A stretch of 64,000 bases of DNA. Source: Macrostomum hystrix (lineage: Eukaryota; Animalia; Platyhelminthes). The stretch lies in the NCBI GenBank assembly GCA_950097015.1, contig CATNEN010000033.1, positions 4,588,001-4,652,000 of the forward strand, given 5' to 3'. Each line of letters starts with the position of its first letter. Within the stretch, counting starts at the first letter, position 1. The translations under genes and the position numbers were made by a program. The notes under the pieces are model-generated. The model ran no database searches, was not told where the DNA came from, and saw nothing but the letters and a program-made list of their open reading frames with translations. Below are positions 1-12,901 of the stretch, piece after piece.

Positions 1-746
1 ATTTCCATCCGATTCAAATGAAAATTAGTGCAAATGAAAGCTGGGAATCTCTGCAACATTTTCTGTTTCACCGTAGTTTTTTATTCTGGAGTGGCTCGGA
101 ACAGCTTGCCGTTTAGCACAGACAGGTCGAATAAAAAAAGTGACAGAAAGCAAGCAGTCTATGGCCAACTTTCTTCACGCGCTGACAAACTCCACAGAGT
201 GTCTAGGAAGCCTTCTGTCGATCGATCGCTCTGTGTGTGGGGTTTGCAAATTTGGTCGCATAGTGCTGAACAGTAGATTTTGGCACGACGAGATGGTTTG
301 CAATCCGACCAGCGACTAGCCTGCGTCCTCTCGAAGCGAAACGATTCTCCAACGAATTTCTTGGCTCACAACAGGCATGTCTCTCAGAAAGGGCAAGTTA
401 AGTCATGGAACTTTGCGAGGAAGCACAGGGTTATACAGTGTGCGACAGTTTAGGCCATAGACATGTCGCCTGGGGTGAAGAAGTAAAGCAAACCCCACAC
501 ACAGAGCGATCGATCGACAGAAGGCTTCCTAGACACTCTGTGGAGTTTGTCAGCGCGTGAAGAAAGTTGGCCCTGCATAGACTGCTTGCTCTATGTCATT
601 CTGTCACTTTTTTTATTTGACCTGTCTGTGCTAAACGGCAAGCTGTTCCGAGCCACTCCAGAATAAAAAACTACGGTGAAACAGAAAATGTTGCAGAGAT
701 TCCCAGCTTTCATTTGCACTAATTTTCATTTGAAACGGATGGAAAT
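1..746. repeat. Long inverted repeat (arms 1-247 and 488-746, ~240-bp spacer); foldback/MITE-like; left arm may continue beyond the window
   Basis: 488-746 is the reverse complement of 1-247 apart from two small insertions and a few substitutions (e.g. ctgtgtgtggggtttgc vs gcaaaccccacacacag). Confidence 0.9.
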
Positions 747-1276
747 TATGGATACTAGAAGCAACAGAAGCAACCGTACAAGAACTTTTGTTACACAGTA
801 TACCTCGTAAATATCCAGAACATTTTATATGATGAAACCAAGTATAATACAAAATTATTTGGGTGTTAATCAAGTCCAATACTCATGTGTATGACAATTA
901 TGCATTGAAAATGGTTGCAATGATGATGTGAGGCAGCGTAGCTATTATATATTTAATTTCACAGTTCGATTTGTGTCAAACAACAGATCAGAGAAAGTTT
1001 AGATAATAGAAGTCAGACTTACCTAAAAGATGAATGCAAAGCAATACTAAGTAAGCATGCAGTGTTCCTTGATGAACTTATCAGTATCATTTATGCATGA
1101 TAAGATACTACTGAAGGAGAGTTTTAAAAACTCAAGAAAAATTTCACAGATATGCAATTTTTTGACCAAATTCAGCATTTCGTACTGTCAGTAATATGCA
1201 AAATGGCGACTTAAGGCTCATCTAATTTATCAGAAAACGTATTTAAATGATCATCTGTAATTTCTGTGTCAGACGC

Positions 1277-2488
1277 TCACGCCTGCAGCATCATCCGCAT
1301 GGCGCGCAGAGTTTTGTAGCTCCCAATGCAAATCGTAGCCATGTACTTGGAGTTGGTAGCACCAGCAGTAAGGACAGGAGGGTACTGACCATTCGGGTTG
1401 GAGTTCATGCAGCTGCTCCACCAGTATCCGCCACTTCCATATGATGAGCTGCAGCTCGTAGAGGAAGCGTCATTGTCCTTGTCAATAGTTGAGAACGGCC
1501 GTCCTCGAGCCGACGACAAAAAATCACAGTTGATGGTAGAGTTTGCAACTACCAGACTGCCGACGCTCAGAGCGTAGTTTCCAGTGGAAGCACCGACAGA
1601 GAGTCCCGGATACTCGAAGACAAAGAACTCGCCTTCGGCCGTCACAATTTCGATTCTGGAGTTGGCTGAGCTGGTCGCCGTAAAATCGCGTATCCTTTCC
1701 AAGCCTAGGAATGTGATTATTCAATGGAATCGATTGATAGGGTTGTATCAGTTCTTTCAAAGGAATTTTTTTACTTGACTCACCGATCCAGAACTCATTC
1801 GCATTGCCAAACCCACTGACATACTCATTCCAGGTCCTGTTGAAGGCAATCTGACCTGTCTGCCTTTGCTGGAACACCCAAAAAGTCCTGCCTTCAATCT
1901 GCTGCTGGTATCCTGGACCCACAACTGGCATAAGCATCGGGTTGCTTGACGTCGTGATAACTTGGATTGAAGTGCTCCGGCTTGTTGTTGCAGTTGTCGT
2001 AGTAGTGGTTGAGATTGATGTGGTACTTGCTGCAGCCATTGAGCGATCGAAAGTCAATGTAAAAATACAGTTTTTTTAGATTACAAGGAATGCAAGAAAT
2101 CGGATGAGCACAAGTGATCTTACCCGACTCGACTCGCTTCCTGAACACAGACGCTACACCGAATCCGACGCAGTCAGCGCTGTCAGACAGTGCGCAGACT
2201 CCGTTGATGAAGCTGTAGGAGAGGCTGCTGTCTGCCTGAGAGCATTTCACAGCGCACTCTATGTCGCTACGAGCGCTCACAGTGACTGTGATGGCTGAGC
2301 AGCTCGAGTTGACTGAGACTGAGTCGAATAGATCAGCTGTTGAGAAATATTCCAGCAAAGTAAAGGATCAAAATGCAGCGTCGTAATGACGGAACGTCTG
2401 ATTGGAAACTGATATGTTTAGAAAACTCACCTTGAGTTTGTTCTAACAGAGCAGCATACAAAAGAACGAGAACCGGAAGCCTTTCCAT
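1277..2488 (-). CDS. Secreted FReD protein copy 1: signal peptide, PAN/apple-like module, Thr-rich linker, fibrinogen C-terminal domain (~314 aa)
   Basis: Exons 2488-2431, 2336-2124, 2029-1784, 1704-1277; all GT-AG and phase 1, total 945 nt. FReD motifs WVFQQRQTGQIAFNRTWNEYVSGFG..EFWIGLE and FSTIDKDND...GGYWWSSCMNSNPNGQY. Signal peptide MERLPVLVLLYAALLEQTQG. Confidence 0.85.
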
Positions 2489-4064
2489 TATTTTAGTAAG
2501 AATTTCACCTAGATTTCCAGCCTTCTTGTGCTTGATTAAATAGCGTTTTGTTTGCAGCAGCATCGATTTTACCACATGGCCTGCCTAACCTTCCATTTGA
2601 AGTATTCCACTGCAAGCGCTTTTGTTTTTCCTCTCGCTTGCCTTTCAATCAAATGGTTTAAGCAATTTTCCAATCGATTAAGACTTTTTGTCCATTCATG
2701 GCTCCCCTGTTGCCCATCGACTACATCAGCCTCAACAACTGAAATGGCACGCAGCCAGTCGTAGCGAGTCTAGCCTCCAACAGGACATTTGAAGGCAAGG
2801 GGCAATCTTTTGTTTAAGGAAAAACTGATGGGAGGAAAGCTTCAAAGCCTTTGAAAATCTCAAGTCCATATGCCTAATGGTCTTACCCTTATGCATTCCT
2901 GTCGCTATAGTACCGCAACGCAAGGCATACCAAGTTTTGTTTGGGATTTAAGGTGACTAACTGCGTTTGTTGTGACGACGCCATAAGCATGTGACGACGA
3001 CGGAATGCCACTCAGTTTCTCCAGACTAGAAGGAGGTCTATTTTTTAAGGAGAATAAGGGATGAGTGAAAGAGTGAAGTGGGAGTTTACACACGCTTGCA
3101 TTTTATCAAATAAATTATTTACGACTGCAGACGTTAAGCCAGCTCTATGAATTTCCAAACTTGGTTGGCTGCGCTCGCCTTCCCGTGCTTATTCTAGCTA
3201 AGGCAGTTCTGGTCGGTTGGGCTATCTGCATTCTGGCTGAGTCCAACCCATTTTGTTCCTCGGACCCTGAGCTGATTGGTTGGCCGTACTGCATTTTCTA
3301 TTCTCTCACCCCTGTGTGGCTTTGCCCTACCTCTTTTGCACCAAACAACTTGCTTTTAATCTACGCAGCTTTGTGCTTCCTATCTTGTTACCCAGCTCTG
3401 TGCCTCCCGTCCGTCGGGTAGACTGTCTGGCGTGTTCATTGGCTCTCTCCCTCGCATCCTCGCCCCCCCGCCGGCACTTATTGCGAATGCCCCTCAGCCG
3501 TGCTCACTACCCGCTCTACCAGCTACTACCCGCTACCTGACGCAAAACTTGTTTTGATCCGCAAACCGTAAAGACGATCTTTTCAATTTCATCCACTCCG
3601 TTGCCAAATGACAATCTATCCTTATATTCAAACTTCGGAGAGCCTCATAGAGTAGTGAGCTTCACAAGTACAACAACAACGACAACGTAAAGGCTAATGT
3701 GACGAATTCGATAGATAATATGGTGTTGCGGTTATCCTACGATGAATTACCAAGCTAGTTTTTTATTCTAAGAGTATTATTAATAAGGGAAGACACGAGG
3801 GCAGGTGGTATAAAATGCAAGGATGAAATACAAAGGGGTCACTCGAGCTCGGTCAGAACTTCCAATTAGTTTTCGAATAGGTCGAATATTAAAATTAATT
3901 TGGTAATTTACATGAAAATACACATAGTAAGGAAAGTAAGATTATACAGATAAATAATAAAGTTACGAAATTAGCTGGAATAAAGTTAATACCTAATTAT
4001 TATTAAAAAAAAAAGTCCAATAATCGATAAAGTGACATCGCCACACTGACTTGATTACAGCGTT

Positions 4065-4410
4065 AGAAGGTGTCTCGGAGCCTGGGCGCAAACATGCGTG
4101 AGGCGACCGGCAGTGTCCGGGCGCGGGCTTCAACTTGTTGGCATTCGACAAAAATCGTCGGGTGCGAGCCTGCCCTCGCCTGCAGCGTAAGCAGCAGCGG
4201 CTCCTGCATAGAAGGAGCACTCAGCAGTACGGTTCGGAGCGACCGAGGCGGCCTGCCAGCTGAAGTCGCCGGCGGTGCAACAACTCGCTCGGGCAAGCAA
4301 GGCCGGCGCGGTGATAGACTGCCTCATTGGTGGTGTGGTCATAGCCGATTTAAAAGGCAGCGACAGCGTCCGCCGCTTTGACTAGACATTCTAGGGTCTC
4401 CGCCAGCGTC
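4065..4410 (-). mobile_element. Decayed 3' fragment of a non-LTR retrotransposon ORF (post-RT C-terminal region)
   Basis: Broken-frame translation AAF*IGYDHTTNEAVYHRAGLACPSELLHRRRLQLAGRLGRSEPYC...RRGQARTRRF resembles the RRRRLQLAGH-type C-terminus of RTE-like non-LTR ORFs. Recognised from memory, not searched. Confidence 0.5.
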
Positions 4411-5412
4411 CCCGTTGTTGTGAATTAGTCTTCTGGGCTCACTTATCATTTTGAGTAGCAGCATCTGGGTTTTAAAAGCGCTGGTTAAAAGCACAGTTTA
4501 TATTGAAACGTCCCTAGTCGACAACTCAATTATTTAACTATTTTTGTAAGGCTAAGATTAGGATAATGGAACAAAAATATATTCAAAGCCGGAAAATCTA
4601 ATTACATCTGCTCGTTTCACTCAATCGAAACTATTGCTAAGCTTGGCAGTTTTCTTGACATTTGACGATGTCTAAAAGTAGGATAAAACTGAAAAACTGA
4701 TGGAAGTCATTGTGTTAGAGTCCTGCCAACATTACATGTCAGCCACATTAATTGACATGGCTTGGCTCTTTGCATGAGATTCTACCAAGAACTAACTACC
4801 TATGCCCAGAAAGAACAGCTCCGCTCCCACCTCCTTGAGAGAGAATAGGTAGTTTTCTCTTCAAGGAAAAAACAAAAGAGTGGAAGCATCAGAAGCCTTA
4901 GAAACATGCGTGTTGTGAAGGTCAATTTTCTAAGACCAGTAGGTAGTCAGGCGAATGACTGTGAAGTAGGTTCAATCGGAAATAGTGTTGCAGGGCTATT
5001 CTATAATATTTAATATCCCACCGCTTTCACTAAAGTTGTTATAGACCTTATTTAATAAATTTAACTTTTATTCTATCGCTGACACGCTGACACCGAAGTT
5101 GTTGCAGGTGGAAATTAACTATCCCACCGCTGCCACCAAAGTTGTACTAGGGCTAAATTTACAATATTTAATAACAGGCTTTTATAAGAAAATCCCACTT
5201 CAGACTCCAAAGTTGTAACGGGGCTATTTTAACAATTTCACTGCTGTTGACTCAATTTAAAAGATATTTGACTGGCGGTCCTTAAATGGGCCGTTTTAGC
5301 TTCTCAAATGGTAGCGTATGTATTTGCACGAGCGGTAACTAGGCAACTGTACACGTTTCCAGTCAATTAGGCGTCCCCGAGATTAGAGTTTAGCAGTTTC
5401 CTTTTTGCAATA

Positions 5413-5500
5413 TTCTTAGTATAATTCTGAGTATGGTTCTGAGTATATTTCCGAGTATAGTCCTGAATATAGTTCTGAGTATAGTTCTGAGTATATTTCT
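5413..5500. repeat. Degenerate 12-bp tandem repeat (ttctgagtatag), ~7 copies
   Basis: Direct inspection of the sequence. Confidence 0.75.
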
Positions 5501-6872
5501 CACTGCTAGCCTCTCTTAAAATGAATAACACAATGCAACACTTGAATCTTTTGATTTAAAACACACTTAGAAACTCTTCTTAAACACTTCGAAAACTTCA
5601 ACTTCAGAACACTTTAGTAAACTTTAGCAAGCTCAAACGACTTAAACGACTTAAACGACTTATATTTTCCCAGTCAAAATTGCGGCTATATATACAGTAA
5701 AAAATTAACTTTTGTTTTATTGGCGACTTTTTACATAGTATTATTTACAAGATACAAAATAAAACAAAATATTTCTTTTTGGCGCGTTTTTAAATTTTCT
5801 CTTTTTATTTATTTTTTACATTTTTATAGAAAACGTATTTACAGTAATGAAACTTAAAACTAAAATACACTGTTATAATAGTTTTGAACGAGCTAACAAC
5901 AGTATATTCGTCCTAGTGCCCTTTTTTCAACAAGTTGCGAATGGAAAATTTGGCGATATTTTTACAAAAGACTGAGTGCGTGTCAGGACTCCATCATGAC
6001 CTAACAAGCATAGAAAGTAGTGCAGAGAAGCACGAGCTTGGAATACGAATTTTATCACCAATAGCCGCCTGCAGTCTTGCGGAAAGTCTTAGTTTCGATT
6101 CTGCAATTTGATTAATGGATTATGCTAAATCGAACTCACGGGATATTGACATCGACCACTAGATGTCTAGACCGCTTCTGAATATCACATATTCAATACA
6201 GAGTAACAGCGAATCCAGCAGTTTCTTGTGCTTCAGAGCAATGCTTCGTCTAGAAAGCATCAGATGGAGTATGGTTGAGTATCTGACCTCTTGCTTTTTT
6301 TATGCTAGACTATAAAGCATCGATTGTTAGATTTGTCAACTTCATAGTCGAGAGAAGTGCCATGACAGTGTAGTGACGTTCGCGAAATTTCGATAATAAT
6401 AATTTCAAGAAACTTCTTCGGTAAAGTATACGACTTAAAACTTTAGAATTTTCTATGATTTAATTTCAATGCTCGCATTTACATTATTTCAATGTTTTAT
6501 TCATTATAGTATTATATTAGTACAACAAATGAATAATTCAGAACTAATTAGAATAAATAATTTATACTTGTTTTGTTAAAATGCGCAGAATTTTCTAGAA
6601 GTTTCCGGCGATGCTCCGTCTGACTATAAATAAACGACGGCCACTGCGGATAATCTTTACGCCTCTCCTTTTCCCCCTTTGACTTGGTTACAAGATCAAT
6701 TACACAAACCAAAAGAACCACCGCCTTGCTCTTAACCTCTTTTACTACTTAAACCCTCTACAACAGAAAAGATTAAGCCAAAAACAGAAAGAGAGAGATA
6801 GTGCCACCAATTATATATGGTTAATTACAGAATCTCTTTTCATGCGCAAAAAATCAAAAAAATTAAAGTATA

Positions 6873-7086
6873 TGTTATGTGTGAGGCAGCGTGGCCAAAT
6901 GAAGAACGGAGCACTGGGTTAGAAGGTTGGAAAAAACGCGAGCCCTCCAAATGCCTGTGCGCACTAATATATATTTTAGTCAGTCAGAGTAAACAACAAC
7001 CCCCGTCCCGGCCTAGACCGGTTCGGACGGACCGACCCCCCAGCCAATCAAAACACTCTAAGGCGGCATGCAAGCCGCATACAACA
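6873..7086 (-). repeat. 3' LTR of Gypsy element 1 (214 bp)
   Basis: Matches 11122-11339; preceded on the minus strand by the PPT. Confidence 0.92.
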
Positions 7087-7185
7087 TCACCCCCCTTCGA
7101 AAAGAAAAAGGGGATCAACGCATGGGGGAAAACAACAGTCCTTTGGTGCGCAAAGTTGAACAGTTCATTCCAAGCAAACTGCATA

Positions 7186-10100
7186 TCAACTCGGGCTGAA
7201 CCGATTAGGTGGTCTCCGGATCCGGTTGCCCCGCCTAGGCTGTGGCAGCGGCGTCTCGTTGCCCGCCGGCAGCCTCACCGGTGGCTCCGGCCATGGTGTC
7301 GGCGCCATCAGTGCGCCGAGTCCAACGTCGGCCGCACCATTGTCCGCCGCTGGTGCACTGGGGACGCTGACCAGGTTATCAGAGTGCCATCGCGAGCCGT
7401 CGTCGAGCAGCCAGGACTCGGGGCCCAGCCGCCGAATGATTTGCCGAACGTCGCCCAGCTGTGTCGCCAGCTTGTGAGCAGTCTGTGACCGGCGAACGGT
7501 GGCCGGCACGGTGTCGCCAGCCTGCAGTCGTGAAGTTCGGGCGTCTCGACGACGCCCGAAGAAGGCTAGCCTGGCCTTCTCCTTGTTGGCTTGGACTCGC
7601 CGCTCCGTGGCCTCCGCTGATGTCGCTTTCGATGTCGGCTGGCGGGCTGGCGGATGCCTTGGCTGCACTGGTTGAGTGGCCCTCGGAGCGGCCGGTTGAT
7701 CATCAGCTCGGCAGGCGTCAGGCCCGTGGTCGCATTCGCCGTTGACCGGTAACACTGCAGAAACTCGCAGACCGCCTCCTTGAAGCTGATGCCATCCTTG
7801 AGATGGGCCTTCAGCGACTCCTTCAGCGTACGGTTGAGCCGCTCGGCATTTGAGTTCGACTGCGGATGGTACAGCGAAGTCTTGATGTGCTGCACGCCTC
7901 GGCCGGCCAGGAACTCCTCAAATGCGTGGCTGGTGAACTGGGGCCCGTTGTCGGTCACAATCTTGGATGGTAGCCCCCATCGAGCGAACATGTCTTTGAG
8001 GAAGTCGACGATAACTTCCGTAGTCACCGAAGTCGCAGTTCGAAGCTCGGGCCACTTAGAGTGCAGGTCGATGGCCACGATCGCGAACCGGCTGCTGCCT
8101 GGAGCTTCGTGGATCTCGCCGAAAATGTCCAGCTGAATCGTGTGCCACGGCTCATTCGGCAACTCAGTCACCTGCGCTGGAGCGGCGGGTCGCTTCCACT
8201 TCTCGGCGAGGCAGCAGCTGATGCAGGACTTGGCCATTTTCTCCAGTTGAGCGTCTATTCCTGGCCACGAGACGGTGTCGCGGGCTCGGTGCTTCATCTT
8301 GACGATGCCGCAGTGCCCCTGGTGGATCAGTGCGAGTGCCGTAGCGCGCAAGCTCTCGGGCACGACTGCGCGATTACCGCGAAACAGGAAGTTGCCGATT
8401 GTTGACATTTCATCGCTGAGCTTGAAGAAGATTTTCTCCTCTTTGGTTGGCGGCACCTTCCAGCCGGAACGCAGCTTCGCGGAGACGCTGGTGATAAGCG
8501 GGTCGTCCTTGGAGTGCTTGTCGAGTAGCTCGGCTGACAGGACGCCGTCAAGCACCTGGTGGATGTCGGCCATCTGCAGGTCGTCGCCATCGCCGTCGGA
8601 TGAGTCCGGTGGTCTCTCGCGGCGCGACAGAAAGTCTGGGACGACATTGTCCTTTCCTGGCTTGTACTCGACGATGTAGTTGTACTGCAGGAGCCGGTCG
8701 TTCCATCGGTGGATGCGTAGCGGCTTGTGTCCGGTGCCCTGGGTGCACAGCAGCGCCTTCAGCGCTGAATGGTCGGTGCGCAGAGTCAGCCGTCTGCCGT
8801 AGGTGTAGATGTGCCACCGCTCGAGGGCCCAGATGCACACCAGAGCCTCCTTCTCGCTTGCCGAATACCGGGACTCCGTGGGTGTCAGTGCTCGCGATGC
8901 GTAGGCGACCGGCTTCTCCGAATCACCGACACGTTGGAGCAGCACCGCACCAAGCGCGTAGTCGGAGGCGTTGCACTCAACGATGGTCTCGGCGTTGCAG
9001 TCGAAGTGGCTGAGTACCGGCAGGCTCGACAGCTGTCGCTTGAGCTCGACAAAAGCTGTGTCGCACTCGCTCGTCCAGCGGAAAACGGAGTCTTTCTTGA
9101 GCAGCTATCGCAGCGGCCTCGCAGTCTTGGCGAAGTCGGGGATGAACTTAGCGAAGCAGTTGACGGTTGCCAGGAACGAAGAAACGGCTCGTGCTGTTGT
9201 CGGTGCCGGGATGCTGAGCACGTCCTCGACATTGGACTTGGACGGTCGAACTCCGTCGGCAGAGATCCTGCAGCCCAGGAAGATGATCTCCGGGACGCCG
9301 ATCTGACACTTCTCCCTCTTCAACACGTCAACCCGTTGTCGCTCAGTCGTTGGAGTACCGCTAGGAGTCGCTCGCTGTGCTCATCGGAGTTGACGCCGTG
9401 AATGACGATGTCGTCCACCGAGTGTCGGACACCCTTGATGTCGGCCAGGATCGTTGACAGGATTTTCTGGAAGCAGGCGCCGGAACTGGACATGCCGAAT
9501 GGGACTCTCGTGAACTGGTAGAGACCACAGTGAGTGATGAACGCAGTCAGCTGCCTGCTGCCTGGGTGCAGCGGGATTTGAAGGTAGCTCTGCTTCAGGT
9601 CCAGCTTGGTGAACACCTGGGCGCCCGCTGACTCGGCGGCCAGCTCCTCCTGCGTTGGCACGGCGAACTTGTCTGGGTTGATGGCCTGGTTGCAGTTTCG
9701 CAGGTCGCCGTTCTTCTTGGAGACTACCAAGTTCGACACCCAAGGAGACGCGTCGATCTTCTCTATGACACCTGCGGCCTCCATCTTGTTTAGTTCGTCC
9801 TTCACGCGGTCCTGCAGCGCAAGTGGCACCCGGCGCAGCGGCTCGACCGTTGGCGTCGCATCCTGGCGCATCAGCGGCCTGTGGCAGAACTTCTTGGCCA
9901 TGCCGATGCCGTTGAATATGCGTGGGAACTCCTCTGCGATGTCCTCGACGCTGCTGATCGTGTTGACTCGGATCGAGAAACCCAGCTTTTCCATGCTGTC
10001 GATACCAAGGATGTTGGCACCTCGTCGAGTGATGAAAAATCGGCAGACTGCAGACTTGCCATGGTGCGCGACCCGCAGCTCGGCCGTCCCCAGAACCTCG

Positions 10101-11122
10101 ATTGCTGATCCGGTGTAAGAGAATAGCTGCTTGTGGGTCGGCGTGATGACAAGTTGCTTCGGAAGTCGCTTTACGGTCTTCTCGTTGATGATGTTGACCC
10201 TTGAGCCGGTGTCCAACAAGAGTTTGACGTCGATTTCAGCAATGCTGCAGTCTACGAAGCTTAAAAGAGATGCGTCGCCCTGAATTGCAGACACCTCAAA
10301 TGGCTCATTGTCGTCGTCGTCATCCTTGACGGTGCGGACCTTACGTCGCTGTCGGAAACATGACTTAAAATGACCGACCCGGTGGCAGTGCAGGCAGGAC
10401 TTGTCCTTCGCTGGACACTCAAGGGCGCGGGCAGCGTGCCCAGCCATTCTGCAGTTGCCGCATCGCGCGTCCGAGCTAGACTTCTGCGGCATCGCATGCT
10501 TGGGTCCTTTGCGTGGCGGACGCTGGCTGATCTTCTGGATGCGGGACTCCAGCTCCTTGTCGTTCTTGCCGTCGCTCAGGTTCTTGGTATCGTTGATGGC
10601 GGATTCAACTTGAATCGCTAGGGCTGTGGCTGTCTCCAGCTCGAGCACCTTCTCCATGAGCAGTCGCTCTCTGATGAACGGTGAATGGGTCTTCTCTATG
10701 ATCTGGTCCCTGATTATCTGGTCTTGAAGAGCGCCGTATTCGCAGTCTGCTGCGAGTTCGCGAAGGGCGTCAACGAACCGGCTGATCGGCTCGCCAGACA
10801 TCTGGGCGCGTGATTTGAATCTGAAGCGGTTGCTGATGGTGCTATGCGACTGGCCGAAGATCGTCTTCAGCTCTTTCACCAGCTTGTCGAAGGTGTCGAC
10901 GTTTGCCGTTGGCAGATTCCTCCTCAGCGTGTAGATTCGCTGGCCCTCCTCGCCAAGCAGATGGATGAGAATCGCCTTCTTGCGTGCGTCCGATGCTTCG
11001 TTAAGGTCCAAGGCCTCCAGGTAGATCTTGAATCCTTCGATCCAACGATTCCAATGCGTGTGTGGCTGTCCTGGGTGGGCGAGAAACAAGCGTGGCTCGG
11101 AAATGCTCAGGCTGGTCGCCAT
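7186..11122 (-). pseudogene. Disrupted gag-pol of Gypsy element 1
   Basis: Two CCHC knuckles, protease LLDTGS, RT (SVDD), RNase H (YALGAVLLQ..PVAYASR), HHCC and rve (TDNGPQF, NAERLNR). Frameshift near 9325, in-frame TAG at 9105-9107, frameshift near 7670. Confidence 0.9.
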
Positions 11123-11339
11123 GTTATGTGTGAGGCAGCGTGGCCAAATGAAGAACGGAGCACTGGGTTGGAAAAAACGCGAGCCCTCCAAAGGCCTGTG
11201 CGCACTAATATATATTTTAGTCAGTCAGAGTAAACAACAACCCCCGTCCCGGCCTAGACCGGTTCGGACGACCGACCCCCCAGCCAATCAAAACGCGCCA
11301 CGCGCACTCTAAGGCGGCATGCAAGCCGCATACACAACA
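11122..11339 (-). repeat. 5' LTR of Gypsy element 1 (218 bp)
   Basis: Matches 6873-7086; followed on the minus strand by the PBS. Confidence 0.92.
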
Positions 11340-11696
11340 GTATATAGTCCCTAAAACCAAGCATTTTTTAGAGTAAAGACTGTGCCACTAAGCTAGACCA
11401 AAACACTATTTTTAATAAGCACTCATTTGCTTATCAAGTTAATCACAATAAAAACATGTCATTTGCTAGCAGTGGGAACGAGACTTACAAGAAGCGTACA
11501 ATAAATATACATTTTATTGTGATTAAATGAATTTGTTTCTAAACAGAAAAGTCAAAATGTGCCCATGGAAACAAATAAATTTAGGTAAAAGAGTTTACAG
11601 CATATAAGTAGCTCGTATGTACTGGTCTTCATTTAGATGGCAGCTCATTTGTTCACGTCCTTTCATGTCCTTAAAGCCAGCAGACACGAGACACTT

Positions 11697-12901
11697 CTAA
11701 GCTCCCACCTGCAGCATCATCCGCATGGCGCGCAGAGTTTTGTAGCTCCCAATGCAATTCGTGGCCATGTAGTTGGCGTTTGTGGCTCCCGGAGTCTGAC
11801 TGGGTGGGTACTGACCATTCGGGTTGGAGTTCATGCAGCAAGACCACCAGTATCCGCCACTTCCCCAGTTGGTGCTGCAGATAAGAGAACACCCGTCGTT
11901 GTCTCTGTCAAGTGTGGAGAATTTTTGTCCTCGAGCCGACGACAGGTAATCACAGTTGATGGTAGAGTTTGCAACTACCAGACTGCCTACGCTCAGAGTG
12001 TAGTTTCCAGTGGAAGCACCGACAGAGAGTCCCGGATACTCGAAGACAAAGAACTCGCCTTCGGCCGTCACAATTTCGATTCTGGCGTTGGCAGAGCTGG
12101 TCGCCGTAAAATTGCGTATCCTTTCCAAGCCTAGGAACGCGATTATTCAAAAGAAATCGAAACAATAGTTTAGCTTCCACTTGTTCTTTTTAAGTTATAT
12201 GTCTTATTTTTACTTGACTCACCGATCCAGAACTCAGTCGCATTGCCAAACCCACTGACATACTCATTCCAGGTCCTGTTGAAGGCAATCTGACCTGTCT
12301 GCCTTTGCTGGAACACCCAAAAAGTCCTGCCTTCAATCTGCTGCTGGTATCCTGGACCCACAACTGGCATAAGCATCGGGTTGCTTGACGTCGTGATAAC
12401 TTGGATTGAAGTGCTCCGGCTTGTTGTTGCAGTTGTCGTAGTAGTGGTTGAGATTGATGTGGTACTTGCTGCAGCCATTGAGCGATCGAAAGTCAATGTA
12501 AAAATACAGTTTTTTTAGATTACAAGGAATGCAAGAAATGAGCACAAGTGATCTTACCCGACTCGACTCGCTTCCTGAACACAGACGCTACACCGAATCC
12601 GACGCAGTCAGCGCTGTCAGACAGTGCGCAGACTCCGTTGATGAAGCTGTAGGAGAGGCTGCTGTCTGCCTGAGAGCATTTCACAGCGCACTCTATGTCG
12701 CTACGAGCGCTCACAGTGACTGTGATGGCTGAGCAGCTCGAGTTGACTGAGACTGAGTCGAATATTTCTGCTGTTGTGGGGCGAATCAAGAGCTGCGATG
12801 TAACAATGGAACGTCTAGTTTTGAATTGCGTTCGAAAACTCACCTTTGGTTGGTGCAATAGCTGCGCAAAACACAAGAATAAGCGCTAGAATTTTTTTCA
12901 T
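11697..12901 (-). CDS. Secreted FReD protein copy 2 (same 4-exon architecture, different signal peptide and FReD C-terminal half)
   Basis: Exons 12901-12844 (MKKILALILVFCAAIAPTKG), 12770-12558, 12468-12223, 12130-11697. The first three exons have the same sizes as in copy 1 (58/213/246 nt). Confidence 0.85.

Larger units (their letters stand above)
6873..11339 (-). mobile_element. Full-length Ty3/Gypsy LTR retrotransposon, decayed
   Basis: Direct-repeat LTRs with TG...CA ends at 6873-7086 and 11122-11339; 5-bp TSD GTATA at 6868-6872 and 11340-11344; PBS TGGCGACCAG directly after the 5' LTR; PPT AAGGGGGGTGA before the 3' LTR; gag-PR-RT-RH-IN order. Confidence 0.95.

Noticed and set aside
9395-9425. 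Non-YxDD RT motifs (SVDD here; AHDD in element 2) as inactivating mutations
   Set aside because: Loss of the Tyr occurs in some Gypsy lineages, so this cannot be called a lesion without a family consensus.
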